Positions 36,911-45,403 of a DNA stretch of 64,000 nt are shown one piece after another (the first letter of the stretch is position 1; every line of letters begins with the position of its first letter). The stretch covers positions 64,832-128,831 of the forward strand of contig JAKQCT010000066.1 of the NCBI GenBank assembly GCA_029559035.1, given 5' to 3'. This stretch comes from Acidobacteriota bacterium. GTDB taxonomy: Bacteria > Acidobacteriota > UBA4820. The notes beneath the pieces are model-generated. The model was given only the letters and a program-made list of their open reading frames with translations. It had not been told where the DNA came from and made no database searches. Made by a program: the position numbers and the translations under genes.

Positions 36911-37130
36911 GAAGGCTTACGCCAGAGCTGAAGAGCTGAAGGCTGATGGCTGAAGCCAGAGCTGAAGGCTGAAGGCGGAAGGCTGAAGTTCAATAGGGAA
37001 AAAGATTCCACAATTTTTCACTTTTCAATGCCGGCGTGTCCTTCGGACAGGCTGAAGGCTTAAGGCTGAAGCGCTGAAGTTCAATAAGGAAATGATTCCA
37101 CGAAGGTGAAATCAGGATGACCCTGTCCTG
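36895..37130. repeat. Family B modular repeat block (GCTGAAGG tandems plus gattccac modules)
   Basis: …gaaggcttacgccagagctgaagagctgaaggctgatggctgaagccagagctgaaggctgaaggcggaaggctgaagttcaatagggaaaaagattccacaatttttcacttttcaat…aaatgattccacgaaggtgaaatcaggatg. Confidence 0.55.
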
Positions 37131-38189
37131 CTATTCCTTGAACAGGATCGGGGCTGTATCGATTTTCGTTTTTTTTGCCTGCCGGATGATCTTTTTTATA
37201 TCGCTGTTAGTGTTGGCCGGAACAAGCTTCACTTCGGGATGGATAGAAGGATAGACTCGGAATATCTCATCCGCAAAGGCGTTCCCGATGGTGTCCACTC
37301 CGGTGAAATCCAGGACGACCACCTTGAAGCGTTCGAACCGCGCCAGGAGCCTCTTGGCCTGCGACCTGGAGATAAGCTGCTCCATCCCGTGTTTTAGAAG
37401 CCGGACCGCTATTATTGTCTTGTTGAACCCGTAGTCTTCCTTCGATGTCTGGTATTTATTGAAAATCTCTTTGGTAGTCCTCGGGCAGAGGTTCCTGCAG
37501 GACATGTAAACCACTGTTCCGGTTTCACCGATCTGTATGTCCCTGTCCCATATCCAGTCTTCTTCCTGTCCGATGTCGTGGGAAAAAAAGACGCCACCGG
37601 AAAATATCATGAAATGGTCGAACATCCGCGACGTGAAGAATATCCCCTCGCCTGTATGCCTCGATGGATCGGTTGTCAGCTTGCCTTTCGCCAGTTCGAG
37701 GATGGCGTGTCTTTCGTCCTCCAGGTTCAATTCATTCTTGATCTTTTTAAATATGCCGATGCCGTTGTCGGCAATGAACATTTCAACGGTGGCGGCGGTC
37801 TTCCGGATGACCACATTCAGATCTGTCCCCGCCGAGTGATCCACCGCGTTGTTCACAATTTCTGAAAACCCATAATTCCAAATATGAATCATGTTTTCAG
37901 GCAGGTCCTTGAGCGAATCGTCAATCTTTTCCCTCCAAAGCTTGTCCTCCTCAAGGTTTTGAAGACTGACTCGAAAGGATTTTGTCTCAAGCAGTTTAAG
38001 TTTGTAGGTTCTCTGGCGGGTTCTCCCTTCAGCCTCGATCAGCCTGTCTTTCACCAGAGCGTTGATATGGTTGATAATCGCCTGGCGGGTCAGGCCGAAT
38101 TTCTCCATGGCTTTCGCCACGACATCCTTTGGATGCTCGGTTATTTCATTCAAGATGAAGTCTCTGATTTCCTTGGTTCGTCTCGCCAT
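37131..38189 (-). CDS. wHTH - GHKL (histidine-kinase-like) ATPase - STAS-like (DUF4325-type) three-domain protein
   Basis: N-terminal wHTH (…KAMEKFGLTRQAIINHINALVKDRLIE…), N-box/G-box …IVNNAVDHSAG…ADNGIGI…, C-terminal ~100-aa STAS-like module (…FKVVVLDFTGVDTIGNAFADEIF…). Confidence 0.7.
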   Translation of the reverse strand: MARRTKEIRDFILNEITEHPKDVVAKAMEKFGLTRQAIINHINALVKDRLIEAEGRTRQRTYKLKLLETKSFRVSLQNLEEDKLWREKIDDSLKDLPENMIHIWNYGFSEIVNNAVDHSAGTDLNVVIRKTAATVEMFIADNGIGIFKKIKNELNLEDERHAILELAKGKLTTDPSRHTGEGIFFTSRMFDHFMIFSGGVFFSHDIGQEEDWIWDRDIQIGETGTVVYMSCRNLCPRTTKEIFNKYQTSKEDYGFNKTIIAVRLLKHGMEQLISRSQAKRLLARFERFKVVVLDFTGVDTIGNAFADEIFRVYPSIHPEVKLVPANTNSDIKKIIRQAKKTKIDTAPILFKE

Positions 38190-38211
38190 ATTCCTCTCGG
38201 ATCAGGGATGC

Positions 38212-38307
38212 TATTGTCAACTATCCCAAGTCTTATTGTCAACTTATTGGGGACAATTGTCAACTAATACCCGACACATTACCAATATATTTCAATGATA
38301 TTGTCAA
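38212..38307. promoter_or_regulatory. Four direct repeats of ATTGTCAAC upstream of the wHTH-GHKL-STAS gene
   Basis: Copies at 38212, 38235, 38255, 38299 (spacing 23/20/44). Reverse complement GTTGACAAT embeds TTGACA. Confidence 0.5.
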
Positions 38308-38402
38308 CCATTAAGACTTTTAACACCGTTAACTTCTTGATTATCAACAATATGAGCAACATTCTCCTTGCAGTCATTCCGTACAACAAACCGCACGGAG
38401 CC

Positions 38403-38480
38403 AGGCCATGCATTATGCATTTGGGGGATAAGGTAGATCACTTCGCTTGAAATGCTGAGGGCCTTTCTCGTGATGACGAT
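38403..38480 (-). repeat. Family C repeat, partial copy (reverse orientation) immediately 3' of hicA copy 3
   Basis: ggccatgcattatgcatttgggggataaggtagatcacttcgcttgaaatgctgagggcctttctcgtgatgac. Confidence 0.55.
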
Positions 38481-38566
38481 CCCTCCGGGCAGCCTCCACG
38501 GCTGAAGATTCAACAGGGAAATGATTCCACGAAGGTGAAATCAGGATGCCATTGCTAGGGGACGGG

Positions 38567-38794
38567 TTATTTTAGAAGCTCACAGAAATCATCAACCGAG
38601 AGAAAGGCATCACGGATCAAGGCTCTCAGCAATCCCCTGTCAAGGGTCTTGTGATCCGGGATGCTAAGGGTGGTAATTGTGCCTTCTTTTTTCAAGATCA
38701 TGTGTCGGCTGCTTCCAACTCTAGCGACCACCCATCCGGCTTTTTCGAAAGCGGCGACAGCTTCCCGGCCGGATATTGAAGGAAGTTTCGACAT
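38567..38794 (-). CDS. hicA: HicA-family toxin, copy 3
   Basis: …AFEKAGWVVARVGSSRHMILKKEG…. Confidence 0.8.
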   Translation of the reverse strand: MSKLPSISGREAVAAFEKAGWVVARVGSSRHMILKKEGTITTLSIPDHKTLDRGLLRALIRDAFLSVDDFCELLK

Positions 38795-39004
38795 TTACAC
38801 AGTCACTTCTACAAATGTCACATCCTTTTGAGGAGGAGTCACCAATTCCCGATCAAGCGCGTTGAGACAGCCGCGGATGGCATCCTTGATGTTCTCGAGT
38901 GCTTCCTCCAAAGATTCTCCCTGAGAGTGACATCCGGGGATTGCGGGACAATGCGCGATGTAGCCGAAATCTTCGCCTTTTTCCAGTACGACTCTGTAAA
39001 CCAT
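38795..39004 (-). CDS. hicB: HicB-family antitoxin, copy 3
   Basis: MVYRVVLEKGEDFGYIAHCPAIPGCHSQGESLEEALENIKDAIRGCL…; start placed at the internal Met (the ORF extends to 39070). Confidence 0.7.
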   Translation of the reverse strand: MVYRVVLEKGEDFGYIAHCPAIPGCHSQGESLEEALENIKDAIRGCLNALDRELVTPPQKDVTFVEVTV

Positions 39005-39096
39005 TGATTCCTCCAGCAATATGATATGGTCAATGCTTTCCGAATGCAAGTGCTTTTCCTGAAAGAGCATCCAGAGCGGATGGCTGAAGGATGACG

Positions 39097-39250
39097 CTTC
39101 CCGAAGAGAGGAGCTATCCTATCCTCTCTTAGGCGCTCCGCTCGCATACTCGCTGCGCTGAACACTCCCCCGGCAGGGAATGTGCCCTTTCGCAAAATGA
39201 ATTTGTCTCAGGGCACAACATTCTATGCCCAGCGGGCAGGCTAAAGGCTG
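39097..39250 (+). repeat. Family A structured repeat, copy 3 (directly upstream of hicBA copy 3)
   Basis: Near-identical to copies at 15125 and 36757. Confidence 0.65.
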
Positions 39251-39357
39251 AAGGCTGACGCCAGAGCTGAAGGCTGAAGGCTGATGGCTGAAGTTCAATA
39301 GGGAAATGATTCCACGATTTTTCATTTTTCAATCTTTAAACCGCGCGGGGTCATGCC

Positions 39358-39440
39358 ATGCATATGAATTTGGGGGATAAGGTAGATCACTTCGCTTGTC
39401 ATGGCTTCGAAGAAATCCTCGTGATGACATGATTCTTTTT
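39358..39440 (-). repeat. Family C repeat, partial copy (reverse)
   Basis: gtcatgccatgcatatgaatttgggggataaggtagatcacttcgcttg…cctcgtgatgac. Confidence 0.5.
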
Positions 39441-39572
39441 CCTGCCGATCCTGTCCATCCTTGTAAATATTCCAAATTATTGACTGTTCGTTTCCGGAAG
39501 AAATATTCGGCTCGCGATGGATGTTGATTGCTTCTTGGTAACTGTGGTAGATTGCGCCTTTCGGGAGAGCCC

Positions 39573-39929
39573 ATGCGCGAAGGAAAAAGATCCGGGAAAG
39601 AGGGAATTGCGGCGCTGAAGATGCCCGTGATCCTTCTTGCCATGATGTTCCTGTTCTTCGCCGCCGACGGCCCTCTGGGTATCGCCCTGGACCTCGGCCA
39701 CCTCTGTCATTCCGAGGACGCGGGATGCCCCGACCGGGACAGCGACGGCCTTCCCTGCGGCCCCGACTGCCCTTGTTCCTGCTGTCCGGGATACCGCGTC
39801 ATGCCGGTCATCGCGTCAGATCCCCTCTTTCTTGCCACTCCCGCCCTGACGAGCACGGTCCAACCCGAAGACAAAACCCCTTCACAGAAAGACATCCCTT
39901 TCACAATATTCCGCCCGCCCGAAGCCTGA
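39573..39929 (+). CDS. Signal-anchored Cys/His-rich small protein (candidate periplasmic metal-binding / metal-sensing partner of the RND pump)
   Basis: GGGAGAG RBS; …MPVILLAMMFLFFAADG… then HLCHSEDAGCPDRDSDGLPCGPDCPCSCCPGY. Confidence 0.4.
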   Translation: MREGKRSGKEGIAALKMPVILLAMMFLFFAADGPLGIALDLGHLCHSEDAGCPDRDSDGLPCGPDCPCSCCPGYRVMPVIASDPLFLATPALTSTVQPEDKTPSQKDIPFTIFRPPEA

Positions 39930-40024
39930 CCCTCTCCACCTTGAACCGTATCGGTCTCCCGCGTTCCCGTTTTCCGCGGAAGCGCCGGAGCGTAACGAAA
40001 TTTCTCAACCGATGGAGTAGGGCA

Positions 40025-41323
40025 ATGATCAAGCGTTATCTTTTGTTGTCGATAATAATAACGGTGTCGGCGTTCTTCGCGGCTTGCGCCGGAGGAAAGG
40101 GATCTGCGGGGCATCCCGGATCGGAGGAATCCAACGGCCACGGACATGAGGAAGCCTCGGACCTGGATACTCCCGTGGAAGAACTTCTGTCGAGGGTGTG
40201 CGAACACGGCATCAAGACATATCTATGCGCGGAATGCCGCTATGAGACCGGCGTCGCGCGTATCCCTCCGGAGCTGGTCAGCGGCGGCCTCGTGAAGACA
40301 TCGAGCCCCGAGGTGAGAAGGATCGATGTGCCCCTGGCGCTCAACGGGGAGGTCCGGTTCGACGACAGGCTGGTCTCTCACATCAGCACGCAGGCGGAGG
40401 GGATCATCAGGAATGTCCATGTCGTGCTGGGCGACCGTGTCAAAAAGGGACAGCCGATATTGGAGCTCGAGAGCGTTCAGGTGGGCGAGGCGGAGGGTTC
40501 TCTCCTCGAAGCGCGGGCCGCGCTCGAACTGGCCCGCAAGGACCACGAAAGGAACGAATCTCTCTACAGGCAGTCCATACTTTCGGAGAGGGATTTCCAG
40601 AAATCCCGGCAGGAGCTGGAGGTTGCCGAGATCAGGGAGAAGACCGCCGGGGGCACCCTCGCGAGGCTCGGCGCGACGGGGCATGACGCGGCCGCGCAGG
40701 CGTCGATCCCGTCGAAGGGGAGGCTCGTCCTGAGGTCGCCCGCCGACGGAACGGTACTCTCCCTCCACGCCGTCCCCGGTGAGGTTGCGAGGGCGGAGGA
40801 GGCGCTCGCGACGGTCGGGGACAACTCCGCCGTGTGGGTGTGGGCAAGCGTTTACGAGAAGGACATCGCCCTCCTGATGAAGAGGCCGCCGGGGAGTGAA
40901 CTGCCCGCGTCGGTCACCGTCAAGGCCTATCCCGGAGAGGAGTTCTCCGGGACGGTGGATTTCGTGAGCCCCGTGATGGACGAGCAGTCGAGGACCGTCA
41001 AGCTGAGGGTCAACGTGAAAAACGACGGCGGCAGGCTTCTTTCGGGAATGTTCGCGGAGGTCCGCCTCTTCTTCCCCGGCGGCGAGAGCGCCCTTTCTCT
41101 CCCCAGCGCGGCGGTCCTGGAGGACGAGGGCAGGAGATTCGTTTTCATCCACCTCGAGGGCGACGACTATATCAGGAGGCCCGTCGAGACCGGCAGATCG
41201 TGGGGCGGGTTCACGGAGATAAAGAGCGGCCTCAAGGGAGGCGAGACGGTCGTCTCGGACGGCTCCTTCCTACTGAAATCCGATGTCCTGCGCTCGAAGA
41301 TGGGCGCGGGCTGCGCCGACTGA
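40025..41323 (+). CDS. Heavy-metal efflux RND periplasmic adaptor (CusB/CzcB-like membrane fusion protein), lipoprotein
   Basis: Lipobox …SAFFAACAGG; His-rich HGHEE segment; HlyD-like coiled-coil and beta-barrel regions. Confidence 0.85.
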   Translation: MIKRYLLLSIIITVSAFFAACAGGKGSAGHPGSEESNGHGHEEASDLDTPVEELLSRVCEHGIKTYLCAECRYETGVARIPPELVSGGLVKTSSPEVRRIDVPLALNGEVRFDDRLVSHISTQAEGIIRNVHVVLGDRVKKGQPILELESVQVGEAEGSLLEARAALELARKDHERNESLYRQSILSERDFQKSRQELEVAEIREKTAGGTLARLGATGHDAAAQASIPSKGRLVLRSPADGTVLSLHAVPGEVARAEEALATVGDNSAVWVWASVYEKDIALLMKRPPGSELPASVTVKAYPGEEFSGTVDFVSPVMDEQSRTVKLRVNVKNDGGRLLSGMFAEVRLFFPGGESALSLPSAAVLEDEGRRFVFIHLEGDDYIRRPVETGRSWGGFTEIKSGLKGGETVVSDGSFLLKSDVLRSKMGAGCAD

Positions 41324-41335
41324 GCGGGGGGATCC

Positions 41336-44300
41336 ATGAAACCGCTCACGTGGATTTTAAAGAACAGGATGCTGATCATCTTCGGCGCCGCGGTCGTGGC
41401 TTTCGGAGGCCTGCTAGCCTGGATGAGGCTTCCCATAGACGCGTTCCCGGACGTGACCAACACCCAGGTGATGATCCTCAGCAAGGCTCCGGGGCTCGCG
41501 GCGGTGGATGTCGAGGAGAGGGTCAGCTATCCGATAGAACTGGCGATGAGAGGCCTTCCCAGGGTGACCCAGGTGCGCTCGCTTTCCAAGGCGGAGCTTT
41601 CCCAGGTCGTGGTGATTTTCGAGGACGGCGCCGAGACCTACTGGACAAGGCAGGTGGTCTTCGAGAGGCTTGCCTCGGTAACGGCGGACCTGCCGCCGGG
41701 AGTCGAGCCCGAGATGGGGCCCATAAGCACCGGCCTCGGCGAGATCTTCCAGTACACGCTCGAAGGAGAGGGCCGCGATCCGATGGAACTCCGGACGATC
41801 CAGGACTGGCTCGTTTCGCCCCTTCTCAAGCCGATCCCCGGCGTCAACGAGGTGAACAGCTTCGGCGGCTTCGTCAAGCAGTACCAGGTGCTGGTCTCCC
41901 CGGAAAAGCTCGTCAAATACGGGCTTACCGTGAACGAGGTTGTCGAGGCGGTCGAGAGGAGCAACGCCAATTCCGGAGGCGGAGTGATCGTCGGCGGCTG
42001 GGAGCAGGTCTATCTCAGGGGCGTCGGCCTTTTCAGGGACATCCCGGACATCGAAAGGACCGTGATAAGGTCGGTAGACGGCGCACCCGTTTACCTGAGA
42101 GACGTCGCGGAAGTTGTCATCGGCTCCGAACAGCGGCAGGGAGCTGTCACCCGCGACGGCAAGGGCGAGGTCGTGGCGGGCATGATCATAATGCTCAAGG
42201 GGGAGAACTCGAGGGAAGTCGTGAACCGGGTCAAGGACGCCGTCGGGAAGATCGGCGGAACGCTTCCTCCCGGCGTGAGGATCAACGCCTTCTACGACAG
42301 GACTACGCTAATACAGGCGTGCATCAGGACCGTCGTAAGGGCCCTTCTGGAGGGCGGCGTGTTCGTGATCCTGGTGCTCTTCCTGTTCGTGGCGGACATC
42401 CGCGCGGCGCTCATCTGCGTCATCTCGCTTCCCCTCACCTTCCTGGCCAGCTTCATCGTGATGGGCTGGAGTGGCATCTCCTCCAACCTGATGAGCCTGG
42501 GAGGTCTCGCCTTCTCGGTGGGGATGGTCGTCGACGCTTCGATCGTCGTGGTCGAGAACGTAAGGAGGCATCTGTCGCGGCCGGGCAGGGAAGGAATGAA
42601 GATGATGATCGTCGCGGAGGCCGTATCCGAAGTGGCGAGGCCGATCGTCTTTTCGGTCGTCATAATCGCGGTGATCCTCGTTCCTCTTTTCACTCTCGAG
42701 GGCATCGAGGGGAAGATGTTCATGCCTCTCGCCTCGACGCTGATGATCGCCCTTCTTATCTCGCTCGCCGTGGCCCTGACGATCGTCCCGGTCCTTTCCG
42801 ACGTTTTCCTGAAAGCGGGGGAGGAGAGGGAATTTCAATTCGCCCGGCGTTTCAGGGAATGGTATCTCCGCGTCCTTCAAAAAGCGCTTGACAACAAGCG
42901 GGCCTGCGCGGCGTGGTCCCTTGCAGCCCTTGCGCTGGCTTCCCTCCTGGTCCCCTTCGTCGGCACGGAGTTTTTGCCTTTCCTCGACGAGGGTGCGATC
43001 GCGATCAACGTCGTGAGGCTTCCGAACGCCTCGCTCGAAGGTTCGGTCAAAGTTGCCGAGTTCATGGAAAAGAGGCTCCTCAAGTTCCCGGAAGTCGAGA
43101 CTGTGGTCAGCAAGACCGGAAGGGCCGAGATCTCCGAAGACCCGATGGGCCCCGAGCAGACCGACCTCCTCATAATGCTCAAACCGAGGCGGATCTTCGG
43201 CGGGTTCAGGAGAAGGGCGTCGCTCGTGGAGGCGATGCAGAAGGACCTTTCCGAGATACCCGGTCTGAGGTTCTCCTTTTCACAGCCGATAGCGCTCAGG
43301 GTGAACGAACTGATATCGGGAGTGAAGAGCGACCTCGCGGTGAAGGTCTTCGGGCCCGATCTCGATGTCCTCAAGGAATTCGCCGACAACGCCGCCGCGG
43401 CGGTGCGGGACGTGAAGGGGATCAGGGACATCAAGGTGGAGCAGGTGTCCGGCATGAGCCAGGCGGAGGCGGTGATAGACAGGGAGGCGGCCGCGAGGTA
43501 CGGGATAGATGTTTCGACTGTCAACGACACGATAGAGACGGCGATCGCCGGAAGGGAAGCGACCACCTTCATAGAGGGGGAATACCGCTTCCCCGTGGTG
43601 GTAAGGCTGAAGGAGGAAGCCCGTTCGAGCATCGAGGGCATCTCCGGATTGCTCGTCCCCGCCCCGGGAGGCGCGAGGGTGCCGCTTTCGGGGATCGCCG
43701 GGATAGGGGTGGTCGAGGCTCCCGCGCAGATATCGAGGGAGAACGGCATGCGGAGGGTGATAGTCGAGGCGAACGTCAGGGGGAGGGACCTCGGCGGGTT
43801 CGTGGACGAGGTGAAGGAAAAGCTTGCCCCTCTCTCGGCGAAACTCCCTTCCGGTTATTTCGTCGAGTACGGAGGGCAGTTCGAGAACCAGCAGAGGGCG
43901 ATGAAGAGGTTCGCGGTGGTGGTGCCGATAACGCTGATCATAATCATGTTCTTCCTCTACCTCGCGCTCGAATCAGTGGCGGGATCGCTCCTCGTGCTTC
44001 TGAACCTTCCCTTCGCGATGGTGGGAGGGGTGATCGCCGTCGTGCTCTTCCGGATGCCTTTGTCTGTTTCGGCCGCCGTCGCTTTCATCGTCCTACTGGG
44101 AATAGCAGTCCAGAACGGAGTCGTTCTCGTCACCTTTTTCAAACAGCTGAAGGAGAGGGGCGCCGGCCCGACGGAAACCGTGACCAAAGGATGCGAGCTG
44201 AGGTTCAGGCCCCTTCTGATGACCGCGCTCACCAGTTTCATAGGGCATCTGCCGATGCTTTACGCGACGGGGTCGGGCGCCGACATCCAGAAACCGCTCG

Positions 44301-44410
44301 CGGTCGTCGTGATGGGAGGACTGATAACTTCGACAGTCCTGACGCTTCTGATAATCCCGGTCATCTGGCACTGGCTTGAAAGCAGGAAAGCAGCTTTTTC
44401 TTGTAATTAG
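41336..44410 (+). CDS. Heavy-metal efflux RND permease (CusA/CzcA, HME family)
   Basis: 1024 aa, 12-TM RND architecture, N-terminus MKPLTWILKNRMLIIFGAAVVAFGGLLAW…PDVTNTQV typical of CusA/CzcA. Confidence 0.9.
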   Translation: MKPLTWILKNRMLIIFGAAVVAFGGLLAWMRLPIDAFPDVTNTQVMILSKAPGLAAVDVEERVSYPIELAMRGLPRVTQVRSLSKAELSQVVVIFEDGAETYWTRQVVFERLASVTADLPPGVEPEMGPISTGLGEIFQYTLEGEGRDPMELRTIQDWLVSPLLKPIPGVNEVNSFGGFVKQYQVLVSPEKLVKYGLTVNEVVEAVERSNANSGGGVIVGGWEQVYLRGVGLFRDIPDIERTVIRSVDGAPVYLRDVAEVVIGSEQRQGAVTRDGKGEVVAGMIIMLKGENSREVVNRVKDAVGKIGGTLPPGVRINAFYDRTTLIQACIRTVVRALLEGGVFVILVLFLFVADIRAALICVISLPLTFLASFIVMGWSGISSNLMSLGGLAFSVGMVVDASIVVVENVRRHLSRPGREGMKMMIVAEAVSEVARPIVFSVVIIAVILVPLFTLEGIEGKMFMPLASTLMIALLISLAVALTIVPVLSDVFLKAGEEREFQFARRFREWYLRVLQKALDNKRACAAWSLAALALASLLVPFVGTEFLPFLDEGAIAINVVRLPNASLEGSVKVAEFMEKRLLKFPEVETVVSKTGRAEISEDPMGPEQTDLLIMLKPRRIFGGFRRRASLVEAMQKDLSEIPGLRFSFSQPIALRVNELISGVKSDLAVKVFGPDLDVLKEFADNAAAAVRDVKGIRDIKVEQVSGMSQAEAVIDREAAARYGIDVSTVNDTIETAIAGREATTFIEGEYRFPVVVRLKEEARSSIEGISGLLVPAPGGARVPLSGIAGIGVVEAPAQISRENGMRRVIVEANVRGRDLGGFVDEVKEKLAPLSAKLPSGYFVEYGGQFENQQRAMKRFAVVVPITLIIIMFFLYLALESVAGSLLVLLNLPFAMVGGVIAVVLFRMPLSVSAAVAFIVLLGIAVQNGVVLVTFFKQLKERGAGPTETVTKGCELRFRPLLMTALTSFIGHLPMLYATGSGADIQKPLAVVVMGGLITSTVLTLLIIPVIWHWLESRKAAFSCN

Positions 44411-44430
44411 GAAGACGGGTGTTACCTTGC

Positions 44431-44472
44431 GGCGGCTTCACGGAACAACATCGTGAAGCCGCTCTTCTTTTC
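44431..44472 (+). terminator. Rho-independent terminator after the RND operon
   Basis: GGCGGCTTCACG-gaacaacat-CGTGAAGCCGC followed by TCTTCTTTTC. Confidence 0.6.
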
Positions 44473-44574
44473 GGGGAGACGCGCCTTTTAAACCATGATG
44501 AGGGCTGAATGGTATCATTGTCCTGCTTCGTTGCAGAGGGGAACGGAGCCGGTATTTCTTAAAGGAGACCTGAC

Positions 44575-45387
44575 ATGGCTGAAAACGACAATTGCCCCAA
44601 GGGACGGACGGCCCTGAATTTCCTGGTCGACCTTGTTTCTTTCGCCGTCCTCATGTTCCTCGTAACGACGGGAATTCTGATGAAATTCATTCTTCCTCCG
44701 GGGACGGGCGGCAAGCTCTCCGTGTGGGGATTGGACAGGCACCAATGGGGAGAGTTCCACTTCTGGCTCGCCGCGGCGTTTTTCGCGCTGATGGCTTATC
44801 ATGTATGGCTTCACTGGAAGTGGATCGTCGCGGTGGTGACGGGGAAAAAGCCTCTCGGGGCCGGAGCTGTCGTTTATCCGGTCGCCGCGGCCGTCGTCAT
44901 TGTCCTGGCCGTCGCTCCCATCTTCTCGCCGGTTAAAAAAGAAGGCGGCGGCCGCAGGGGAGAATTCAAGCTTGAGCGGTCGGGGACATCGGAGACCGCT
45001 CACGCTGCAGCCTTGGAAGATGAATGCGGCAAAAACGGACAACATGGCAGGAGAAAAGGCAATCAGGCAAGTCGAGAAGCATCAAAAGCCGAGACGAAAA
45101 CTGATGAGGCCCAGGTTGAGAATGACGGACACCAAGAAGCCGGTCACCACGGCAAGAGAGAAGGAAACGAAGAGGTCAGGGGGTCGATGACCCTAAGGGA
45201 AGTGGAGGAAGCGACAGGGGTCCCCGCCTCCCATATCATCAGGGAACTGAACCTTCCGCCCTCGGTCACTCCCGACGACAGGCTGGGCCACCTGAGAAAA
45301 AGCTACGGCTTCGAGATGGAAAAAGTGAGGATGATCGTCGAGGCTTACGAAAAGAAAAAGGGGGGCGAAGGAGCGCCCCCCTTGTAA
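44575..45387 (+). CDS. DUF4405-like (cytochrome-b-like) membrane protein with charged His-rich linker and C-terminal helical domain
   Basis: Four TM helices with conserved His/Trp (…HFWLAAAFFALMAYHVWLHWKW…); GGAG RBS. Confidence 0.5.
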   Translation: MAENDNCPKGRTALNFLVDLVSFAVLMFLVTTGILMKFILPPGTGGKLSVWGLDRHQWGEFHFWLAAAFFALMAYHVWLHWKWIVAVVTGKKPLGAGAVVYPVAAAVVIVLAVAPIFSPVKKEGGGRRGEFKLERSGTSETAHAAALEDECGKNGQHGRRKGNQASREASKAETKTDEAQVENDGHQEAGHHGKREGNEEVRGSMTLREVEEATGVPASHIIRELNLPPSVTPDDRLGHLRKSYGFEMEKVRMIVEAYEKKKGGEGAPPL

Positions 45388-45392
45388 AAAAT
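45350..45392. terminator. Bidirectional intrinsic terminator between convergent genes (A-run, GGGGGGCG-aaggag-CGCCCCCC, T/A-run)
   Basis: gaaaagaaaaaGGGGGGCGaaggagCGCCCCCCttgtaaaaaa. The hairpin lies within the last codons of the + gene and is followed by a T-run on the minus strand after osmC. Confidence 0.55.
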
Positions 45393-45403
45393 GAACGATC
45401 CTG

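Noticed and set aside
40223-44379. Long antisense or alternate-frame ORFs inside the RND genes (40223-41152 -, 41200-42891 +, 42877-43749 -, 42913-44379 +), and similar ones at 2399-3181, 49336-50943, 50702-51733, 60397-61362, 62731-63882
   Set aside because: They are Arg/Pro/Gly-rich, low-complexity translations typical of high-GC antisense frames. Each overlaps a gene with clear family signatures.
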